Shown piece by piece: positions 39,584-49,800 of a stretch of DNA of 64,000 nucleotides. The notes under the pieces were generated by a model, which made no database searches, was not told the DNA's origin, and saw only the letters and a list, made by a program, of their open reading frames with translations. Position 1 is the first letter of the stretch. Each line of letters starts with the position of its first letter. A program made the position numbers and the translations under genes. This DNA is from Octopus bimaculoides (taxonomy: Eukaryota), in NCBI RefSeq assembly GCF_001194135.2, contig NC_068994.1:16590732-16654731 (forward strand), written 5' to 3'.

Positions 39584-39759
39584 ATTTGCTACGCTTAAAA
39601 TAAATAATATTAACAATCAGTCGCACAAACGAATGCTTTATTTGTAGATTCTGTCAAACCAAAACAATTCATTAAAAGTTTTTGGAATTTTATTGCTTAA
39701 CATTATTCATTGAAATCATAGCAATACTTATTAAGCGATTCAGTATAATTTTTCCTTGT

Positions 39760-39975
39760 TTATATTTGCCGCTTCGGTTGTGTTCGGGTAAAACCGGAAA
39801 GTAAATATTTTATTAGAGCCTCGTTTCCAACACATTAAGCGCGGCGAATATAAAACAAATTGCTGGTACACCTCAACTTACGATCATGTAATCAGTATGC
39901 GTGCGCGCAACGATCGGAAGTTGTAATGGACTAGTATCGAAAGATCGCCCCAGAGGACGTAAGTTGAGGTAGGCC
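39760..39975 (-). promoter_or_regulatory. Probable SFR1 promoter / non-coding first exon
   Basis: Local CpG enrichment, ETS-type CGGAAGT (39915-39921), NRF1-like TGCGTGCGCGCA (about 39898-39909), and a minus-strand GTAAGT donor at 39881-39876. Confidence 0.5.
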
Positions 39976-40520
39976 TGTAAATTAATCTGGTAAAATACTT
40001 TCAATAATTTTTTGCCAGAGATCCAAGTCTATAATACAGTAATACCTCGCCATATCGTGGTTTATTATTTAAGCTTACGTCGATTCCTCCGTGGTGTTGT
40101 TTTGCATTTATAATAAAATAAGGCGACCATTCATAATTTTATGCAAATTATAAAAATTAAAAAAAGTATACAGTACTGTTTCTACTTCGCGGATTNNNNN
40201 NNNNNNNNNNNNNNNNNNNNNNNNNNNNNNNNNNNNNNNNNNNNNNNNNNNNNNNNNNNNNNNNNNNNNNNNNNNNNNNNNNNNNNNNNNNNNNNNNNNN
40301 NNNNNNNNNNNNNNNNNNNNNNNNNNNNNNNNNNNNNNNNNNNNNNNNNNNNNNNNNNNNNNNNNNNNNNNNNNNNNNNNNNNNNNNNNNNNNNNNNNNN
40401 NNNNNNNNNNNNNNNNNNNNNNNNNNNNNNNNNNNNNNNNNNNNNNNNNNNNNNNNNNNNNNNNNNNNNNNNNNNNNNNNNNNNNNNNNNNNNNNNNNNN
40501 NNNNNNNNNNNNNNNNNNNN

Positions 40521-40633
40521 GTCAGGGTTATGGTTAGGGTTAGGGAATTCCGTCCCTAACCATAACCCTAAACACTAACCCAAGCCCTAACCCTAAAACC
40601 CTAACCCTGACCCTAAAACCCTAACCCTACCCT
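40521..40633. repeat. Degenerate interstitial telomere-like array, (TTAGGG)-like then (CCCTAA)-like
   Basis: gtcagggttatggttagggttaggg-aattccgt-ccctaaccataaccctaaac...ccctaaccctaccctag; truncated on the left by an N gap. Confidence 0.8.
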
Positions 40634-41711
40634 AGTGAAGATCGTGCGGGTGTTAATCTGAAAAATTACCTATTCTGTAATTAGTTATTTATTCGATTGA
40701 ATACTGTTCTGCATAAAAGTGCGTTAATTTCTTTTAAATGTCATACCTACACAAGTGTGCCCCTCCTCCGACTTGGTTTCCTCATAACTTTCAGAAAACA
40801 AAATTGATATTTTTTAATGAAATTTTCTACAAATTCCTTTAGATTCCAATTATATCGGAATTTGTTGCGAAAAAGTTTTTCAGAAGCGATAGGGAGTAGC
40901 TACGAACCTAGTTATAACTGATATTTTTAGAAGCCTTATCTTTACTAAAAATGTATACCAAAGTCCTCTCTACAAGATTTTCACTTTCATCAATAAGTAA
41001 TTTTGAATTGATTTACTGTTAAAAAATGGTCTCCGAAGACTGCAGTTTTGAGATGTTCGATTCCACAGCACAGGATCTTGAGCTAGTGTTTTCTACCCAA
41101 GCCTTGGATTGACTAATCAATCAACACTCTATGGGTGGAATTTGGTAAACACAAACTGTGTGGAAGCCTGTCGTGTATATGTATGAGTACGTCATTTCAG
41201 AGTTTGTGGTAGTGAAAGAATTGGTTACCACCTTTTCCTTTAAGGTAATTCTTTCCCCACCATCAAACTTTGTTAATTTTATCATGAGAAAAAACGAAAG
41301 TACATTTAATATTGATTGTACCCAATTAATGTTCCGAGGATTGTGAGATCGATAAAAGATTACATCCATGGAAATTGACTTTAACTTAAATATTAATAGC
41401 ACTCGGGTCTGCCTCAAGCGAGGAAATATATAGTCCTGTGACACAATGGTCCGTCCTTTTTGTTTTTTAGACCTTGTGATGTAGTTAAAGGAAGATTTGG
41501 CTGCTATTTCTACCATTTCGAGAAACCATGTAAAGGTTTCGTGTGCGCGCCGAACTCTATTGCCATGGAGATCAGCACAGACGATATGTTAACAACGGAC
41601 GTTTTCGATTGGCTAAAATTACGTAACTTAAAAAGCTTATAACTTTTTTATTATGAATATCTAGAAAAAAAAATGCATGCGAGTTTTGTTATCAGCATGC
41701 AAAACTACACC

Positions 41712-41910
41712 GGTACTACTAAAGCAGCGCGGACCCGAACGCGCAGTCGCGCTCGCTAGTCTTGAGTGGTCGATCCTAACCCTAACCCTGACCCTAACCC
41801 GCGTGTGCAAATGAATACGTGTTTAGGGTTAGGGTTAGGATCGACCACTCACGACTAGCTAGCGCGGACGCGCGACTGCGCGTTCGGGTCCGCGCTGCTT
41901 TAGTAGTACC
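41712..41910. mobile_element. Fold-back MITE with internal telomeric repeats, copy 1 (199 bp), 9-bp TSD
   Basis: GGTACTAC...GTAGTACC long inverted arms enclosing (CCCTAA)n-spacer-(TTAGGG)n. Identical flanks aactacacc at 41703-41711 and 41911-41919. Confidence 0.9.
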
Positions 41911-42859
41911 AACTACACCAAGATAAGTTTCAAGTGGCTGGAAGAAATTTAACAAGATCTGAGGTATGCATTTTGACGAAAAAAACTGGTACTTTATGAA
42001 GTCACTCAGATATTTGTTCAGCATTGAGTTATAGACACGCTATTGTCACTTTCGCTGTTAGAAATGCCCTAATCAGTGATTAGTTTTTGGAAACATGTAA
42101 CCAACAACATTTTTATTCACCGACTACGATTTTAAAATAAAAAGTAAATAGCTGTCGAATTTGATCGCAAAGAGCTATAGCTACATAACACAAGGTATAA
42201 CAATCTTTTGCCTTATGTACATTAAAAATGTCAGAAACAAAACGAATGTAAGTGAAATGAATAAAAGTGAAAGAAAATCACAATAGTTAATAATCGACAA
42301 TACATAGGATAGTAATTTCGTTGTTTGCATTTCTTCATCGCTGTCGTCGTTTAGCGTCCATGTTCCATGCTGGCATGGGTTGGATGGTTTCACAAGATTC
42401 GATGGCTCCAAGGACTGCATCGTGTTCCAGTGCCTGCTTTTGTAAAATTTCTACAGCTGGATACCCTTCCTAACGCCAACCACTTTACAACGTGTACTGA
42501 GTGCTTTACTCGCATGACTACGAAACCCGAAGGAGTGGGAGTCGGTTTTTATGCTAGGGGATGAGAGAGTGGAGAAGAGCTGGTTCTAGTAGAGGAACAG
42601 CATGACTACTCATAGAGGAAAGGGGAGGGAATTATCAGTAAGAATTATGAAGAGATAAATAGTGGAGATTAAGTGACCAGGTGACCCCTCAAGGCACATG
42701 GCGAGTAAAGTGGATGGGTGGAATTGCAAAACTGGGTGGGGAGCAGAAGATGAGGGGATGGAAAGGCAGACTGCAACTGTAATACGAAAGATCGCCCAAG
42801 ATATTTTATTATGATATTCCACCCTTTCTTCCAATATACCGTTCTAATAACTATTTTAA

Positions 42860-44545
42860 TTATGGTAATATAATCTCCTTTAGCACTGTCCTCTCTAAGC
42901 TATGCGCGCGCACTGGTCTACCAACTAGCGGGACATGTATGAGGGCATAAACTGTTCCAGCGCTCGCTACATCCATCATTTCTCGGCATTTACTCAGGTC
43001 GTCCTGAGCAACCCTCTGAGCAGTGTCCCATTCAGTCCCCATTTCTGCAAAATACTTCTTCGTTCGCTGTGACCATGAGGCATGTAGCCGACTTACACGA
43101 GCCGTCACCCCAGCCGAATTCAGAGAAGAGGACACGTGACGCACATGTCCGGTAAGTTCACCTTGATTAATTCAGCGTAGGGAAAGTTCACCGACATCAA
43201 TTCACCGGTTTTTTTTTTTTTTTTTGTTTATATAGCTAGACAAGGAGGGCTAGAGACCTGAAAACCCGAACCTTTGTCCTCCTGCTCAGGAATCGCCAAA
43301 CACCCTTGTCCAGTGAGTCCGCAACCACACCAACACGTTCCAAGTCTTCTTAAGACTTCGGACTCGCAGCTAATGCTGCTATGGATCACACTGCTGAGAT
43401 AAGTGAAGCAGTCAACAACTTCAACATTTTCACCCGCAAAAGAGAACGACGAGATGGAGTCCCTCAGGAAGCCAACGAAAGACGGAATCTTTGCCTTGAC
43501 CCAAGAGACTCTTAGGTNNNNNNNNNNNNNNNNNNNNNNNNNNNNNNNNNNNNNNNNNNNNNNNNNNNNNNNNNNNNNNNNNNNNNNNNNNNNNNNNNNN
43601 NNNNNNNNNNNNNNNNNNNNNNNNNNNNNNNNNNNNNNNNNNNNNNNNNNNNNNNNNNNNNNNNNNNNNNNNNNNNNNNNNNNNNNNNNNNNNNNNNNNN
43701 NNNNNNNNNNNNNNNNNNNNNNNNNNNNNNNNNNNNNNNNNNNNNNNNNNNNNNNNNNNNNNNNNNNNNNNNNNNNNNNNNNNNNNNNNNNNNNNNNNNN
43801 NNNNNNNNNNNNNNNNNNNNNNNNNNNNNNNNNNNNNNNNNNNNNNNNNNNNNNNNNNNNNNNNNNNNNNNNNNNNNNNNNNNNNNNNNNNNNNNNNNNN
43901 NNNNNNNNNNNNNNNNNNNNNNNNNNNNNNNNNNNNNNNNNNNNNNNNNNNNNNNNNNNNNNNNNNNNNNNNNNNNNNNNNNNNNNNNNNNNNNNNNNNN
44001 NNNNNNNNNNNNNNNNNNNNNNNNNNNNNNNNNNNNNNNNNNNNNNNNNNNNNNNNNNNNNNNNNNNNNNNNNNNNNNNNNNNNNNNNNNNNNNNNNNNN
44101 NNNNNNNNNNNNNNNNNNNNNNNNNNNNNNNNNNNNNNNNNNNNNNNNNNNNNNNNNNNNNNNNNNNNNNNNNNNNNNNNNNNNNNNNNNNNNNNNNNNN
44201 NNNNNNNNNNNNNNNNNNNNNNNNNNNNNNNNNNNNNNNNNNNNNNNNNNNNNNNNNNNNNNNNNNNNNNNNNNNNNNNNNNNNNNNNNNNNNNNNNNNN
44301 NNNNNNNNNNNNNNNNNNNNNNNNNNNNNNNNNNNNNNNNNNNNNNNNNNNNNNNNNNNNNNNNNNNNNNNNNNNNNNNNAGTGTAAAGACGACTCTCAA
44401 CCTCCTTGCAGATTCCACGAACCTGCTTTTCCTTGTCAGACCTCAAGGTTCTGACTACCCAATATTACAGTCTCCGAAGCAATTCACCAGGGGCCCCACC
44501 CAACCTCGCCCAGCGGCTGTACTCCACCAGTACGAGGGTCTCTCT
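42860..44545 (-). mobile_element. RTE-clade LINE fragment (RT and C-terminus), spanning an N gap
   Basis: MRSDKEKQVRGICKEVE, VEVVDCFTYLSSVIH...SEVLRRLG, and a C-terminal SWSQR...AQRVAQDD; frameshifted. Confidence 0.85.
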
Positions 44546-45137
44546 TGAAAGGAAACATTTCCTGGAAATTTTCGAAAACTAATATAACCCCTAGCGTCCC
44601 TATAAGTGTCTTTATATTTCCCACAGGTCCAATCGAGAGAGCAGCCTTCGGTAGTACAAATCCAAACTGCTGCCAATTAGCGCGCGCGCACACACACACA
44701 CACACTCGCACACATATACACGCACAAAACCTAAAATGATATGGAATAATAGATCTTTTCTCTTTGGTTGCCAATACATCAATACACTAAATCTTCATTA
44801 GACTTCAAAAATTTCCACAGGAGCAGCAAAACAGAAAAGATCCGGAATAATTAATAATAATACTTATGCATTCAACACTCGCATATTTCTGTTAGAGAAA
44901 AAAATGACGGAAGATTTTTGGGCTAAGAGTTAAAAAGGGCATAAACGTGACCGTGTGATAAGAACTTCCCAACCACATGCTTCTGCATTCAGGACCCCTG
45001 CGTGTCTTCTCCTATAGCCCATGTAGTGATGTCAGTATGTGACAGCCTACAATTTTACAATTGCATGCGAGAAAGAGGGATCACCATCTTGTACGTAAAA
45101 CGATGAGAAAAATAAGAACTTGTATATATATATATAT

Positions 45138-45384
45138 GGTACTACTAAAGCAGCGCGGACCCGAACGCGCAGTCGCGCGTCCGCGCTAGCTAGTCTTGAG
45201 TGGTCGATCCTAACCCTAACCCTATCCCTGACCCTGTCCCTAACCCTAACCCTAACCCGCGTGTGCAAATGAATACGTGTTTAGGGTTAGGGTTAGGAAT
45301 AGGGTTAGGGTTAGGATCGACCACTCACGACTAGCTAGCGCGGACGCGCGACTGCGCGTTCGGGTCCGCGCTGCTTTAGTAGTA

Positions 45385-45386
<2 letters not shown>
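45138..45386. mobile_element. Fold-back MITE with internal telomeric repeats, copy 2 (249 bp), inserted in (TA)n
   Basis: 88-bp inverted arms with one mismatch, same central spacer as copy 1; flanks tatatatat on both sides. Confidence 0.9.
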
Positions 45387-45421
<35 letters not shown>

Positions 45422-46699
45422 TCACACATTCTATTCAATTTTAAGAACTAACAAGCTTTTCATTTAAACTGAATTTAAAGTAATACCATATTGTTAGGGT
45501 ACCAATAAATGCTTTATTATCATTGTTCTCTATAGTTTGGGGCCGCAAGCCCAATTAGACCTACGCAGGAGTTAGCTTAAAAGTCCGTACAGAGTGCGAC
45601 TTTTAAGCTAGTACTCTATAAATTGTAAGCATTCTAAAACAAGCTATAATTTTCTTAAGCACACACGCTGAAAAATAAGAAACCATATAATTTTACTTAC
45701 TTAAATTACTTATATGTAAGTGCTATTTTTCTTCTTTGAGACGTAAAATGTTCGATAACCTCATTTTAAATAAGCACACAACTAAGAAAATCACAAAATC
45801 CACTGAGCAAAATATTAATGCACTACCTTTCTGAATTCGACCTCACTTAAGTTTTGTTTCTGACTTCTAAAAGGGTACTATTAGTTTTCAAAACAAATTA
45901 AGATCAAAGTTATATGATGATATTGTAAGAAGAAAAAAATACTGTAAAAAAAATTAGTTTTAGTTTAGGAAGTTTAAATTAATTTGAACGTACAACTTCT
46001 CGCCATGAAAGCGAACATGCGACCGTGTTGTGGCAGCTGTCGCATCCCCTTCGCCATTAATTTTTTGCCATTCTCCCATTATCCGACGATATGCCCGGCA
46101 CCATATTATGATACAATGCGCTGAGGTGTGCAGTGTTATTTCCGGACACCCACCACCAAATTTCCAGCAAGTGTATAACAAAAGTTATTTTATTAAGATT
46201 TGTGATTAAATTAATGAGAAAGGTTAATATTTATAATGAATTTTCGATGGGGTGCAGCACACACGTAGCACACCCGAAATGTACGCTCCTTGTATGTAGG
46301 TAGGAAGGTATGTGTGTATGTATCCTATACCACTGCTTCACAACCTAGGTTTGTTTACGTTCTATAACTTAGCGGTTCGGCTAAAAATATCGATAGAATA
46401 AGTACCAGGTTTAAAAGAAAATTCTAGGGTCATTCGTTCGACCAAAACCCTACAAGGCGGTGCTCCAGCATGGCCGTAGACCAACGACTGGAACCAGTAA
46501 AAGATGAAAGATACAGTCAACAAAGATTTTTGAGCTAGTTGATTACTAAAAAAGTTAGAGGTTAGAGAGAGAGCGCGTATGTAAATATTCTTCAATAGAT
46601 CATTAAATTTTTTTTAAATTTTATTATTGATCAAAGTCACTTCACACGAACAAGCAGGAAATTTTTTCCCCTTTAATTTTGGGATGATCCTGTTATAGG

Positions 46700-46750
46700 A
46701 GTTTGCGTAAAGTCACGTGATAAGCACGTGGTATTTATTTCGCGCCATTA
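46700..46750 (+). promoter_or_regulatory. PAICS proximal promoter motifs: two E-boxes and an E2F-type site
   Basis: CACGTG at 46714-46719 (in GTCACGTGA) and 46725-46730; TTTCGCGC at 46738-46745; about 85-115 nt upstream of the ATG. Confidence 0.6.
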
Positions 46751-46828
46751 TTTGTTTCTTATTCAGAGCAGAAACTTTTTGTTGATTCCTTACAACGTGT
46801 CTGCTACTTTTTACGTTTTGAATTCAGC

Positions 46829-46880
46829 ATGGCTTGTCAATTAGTGCACGATCTATATAATGCTGATGGCTCTCCTAAAG
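46829..46880 (+). CDS. PAICS: PAICS coding exon 1 ([17 protein letters not shown], phase-1 end)
   Basis: ATG at 46829, donor AAG|gtattt at 46881. The 52-nt length gives the phase 1 that exon 2 requires. It sits just downstream of a CpG-rich promoter-like block. The peptide itself is not recognisably conserved. Confidence 0.78.
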
Positions 46881-49800
46881 GTATTTAAACATGAAGTTTT
46901 TTGTTGTTGTAATTTACATTTATAATTTTGCTGTAACATTTATTTGTAATGAAAAAAGTTTATCCTAAATATATATGTACGTGTGTGAAAGCACCCGATA
47001 TGTTTACTCGAGTACAACTGGTAACTTATGGTCGTAGTTTTCGGCAACATAATTGCTAGTAATACATATATGAGAAATGTTACTAATCTTTTTATCACCG
47101 AAATGTTTACTTCTGAATTTTTATAACTTGTTTACTACATTTTAGACAAAATGGCAAGTTTATATATCCCTTGTACCCACATGTTTCTACATATGACCCG
47201 CCCCTATATCGTGTTTATATATATATATATTATTTTATTACTGCAGTCCTGGGCACTAATTACTAAAAATTAATCATATGAGCCCTAGTACTTATTTCAT
47301 TGACCTCTTTGTGACCCGCTTAATTACGTGGCATTGATCTTTATAAGACACACACACACACACACACACACACGTACATAGCAAGCTTCTTCACAGTTTC
47401 CGACTATTAAATTCCATTGAAGGCATCGGTCCGCCGAGTGTTATGATAGATATGTGTCTGATACCGCACTGTACGATGAAACGTAGAACCACGTGGTTGC
47501 GAAGCGTACTTTCGAGCGACCTTTTGTTGTAATAGGTTTCACTGTGCAAAACATTACTTTCCCCACTATAATTATCTGGAACACTACATGAAACACTAAA
47601 ACTTAGTAATGAATATACCATTTCTTTTGCTGCTATTCGTCTCGCTTTTAAATCTGAGGGCTTCTTTGTTCCTGATGTAAAATGTCAGTATGGACTGTTT
47701 ATTTATTAAAAAAAAAATGTTAATTTTGAAACATTTGGTTGATAATATTTTCCTCGTAAAATATCTTTGTACTTCGAGAAAAGGAAACCAATGGCCAATA
47801 ATTACCCTAACCATCACATTTTATCCCCTCTTAGAAAGTAATCGTTTAAGCCAGGGGTTAGAAAGAAGTAATGTGAAGCCAGCACATCGAACGAGGTTGA
47901 CTGACGAACATTTGAAAGCAATTCTCTTGGTTGGATGCAGCAATTCCAAAGCAAATATTACAAGTTAAACACCAGTTTCACAAATTTCACTAACCCTTTT
48001 TTTGCTGCTTAGATTTGGATTAAGTGCACACTGGGTGTGATATAACTTATTGCTAACATCGCCTTCTTTGACAACTTTTTGGTAAATAAATTTTTGTGTG
48101 TATTTTCTTTTCTTTGTCGTTTTGTAAAAACCTTATGGCGATCTTCCAAACTTATATTACGGAAGAATTATGACTATTGTTTAAAATGTGTATTTTAATG
48201 TGGTGGTGTATTATTCATATATCATACATACGTGTTACATATGTAATAAAATTTTCATGTTTGTTATATCTAACTACTGCGATGTTATTACTCCCACTGA
48301 AATGTGAGAGGAAACATTTAATTTATAATACCCGACCCTATTTTTTAACGTTTTGTAATTGTGGATTATTACTATTTAGATAGGAATTCTGTCCTCCCTT
48401 GTTTGTCTATTCATTGGTCCGTATAAATTTTCTTAAGCTTAGCTTTGCCCGCCGCCTTATGCGTGCTTCACTTTCAGGTTACAGTGCAGGGCACATGCTT
48501 CACTTGTGATATTCAGAGGGAGGGGTCTGTTTCAAGGTAAAGCTGAGAGATTGTATTCAACAGGCTTTTTCTTTCTTTAGCTTAACATCCTTTTAGAACT
48601 ATGCTTTTTTATTGAATGTGAAAACGAACAACTCCGATTTTTAAATAAGAGGAAGAAAATGTATTTGTCACTATCTTGTTTCAATCATTGGGCTATGGCC
48701 AAGCAGGGACATCAAATTGAAGGGTTTTAGTCGAACAAATCAGTACTTAAGTCTGGTAATTCTATCGGCATTTTTGGACGAACTGCCATGTTTTAGGGAT
48801 GTAAACAAACCAGCACCGGTTGTCACAGGCACAAAAACAATTTCCGTCTATCAAATCCACTCAAAGCTTTTATAGGCTCGAGGCTTTAGAAGCAGACATT
48901 TGCTCAGGATGTCATGCAGTAGCACTAAACCACACAGCCATGCCTACTTCGTAAAAGTTTTAAAAAATAACAGTGGCAATGAAGATGAACTTAATGTAAC
49001 ATTTACATCAGTTTCTTCAGTCTAAAGCTCGATTTTTATAAATTCTGAATCCTCCTTTTACGGCTATGCTAGCATGGGTTGGGCAGGTCGCCAAATTTTT
49101 TCCCACGAGAACTCTAGGTCCCAGTAATGAACTCATTTGCATACAGGCAATCAGAGCTCGCCTTGACCGTGTCAAGTTAACTCAATACGAAGAATGGTGT
49201 TGTAAGTCGACCGATCGCCAAGTTATGACTTATTTTAGGAGACCAGTAATTAGATAGATTTGCATCTATACCTATTATCGGATTTTGTTAAGGCCTCATA
49301 TGGTAAAGATGTAGATGGGATAAATATGGGTAGAGGTTGATGTGCTAGCAATCCTTTTCCCTTACTGTTTTACAAAGGAAACAGCAGCACAAATAACTAC
49401 GCAGAGGCAACCATGGTTGAAACAAGAACAAGCATTATCAGAAGAGAAAAGAAGCATGGTCATTCCTTAACCAAGAGAACTTATCGTATTCGCCCTCACT
49501 TATGCGCTCATAAATCGGTTTGATAGTTGATCTCTAATTGACTGTATGTAAATGGGGTCCGGAACTCTAGTGGGGAAAAAAATTTCGCGGGCGGGTTGTC
49601 GCTGTCCGAATCAGTTCTTGGTTTTTGCTACTCCTTCTCGCCGTGACCTAGGGACAGGCTTCTCTCGTTTGTTTGCATTTGGCATGGTTTTTATACTTTC
49701 CAGTACCCATGCTATTTACTTCAGTGTACTGAGTGACTTTTTCTTGACACCAGCAGTAGAAAATCGCGCTCCTGCCAAAGGTCGTCTCGACACTTATTTC

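Noticed and set aside
41712-45386. CRISPR-like or true telomere interpretation of the palindromic/TTAGGG elements
   Set aside because: Eukaryotic context, no repeat-spacer array or cas genes; the tracts are short, internal and bounded by TIRs and TSDs.
45960-46181. PPAT first exon divergent from PAICS
   Set aside because: No frame resembles the PPAT N-terminus (EECGVFG).
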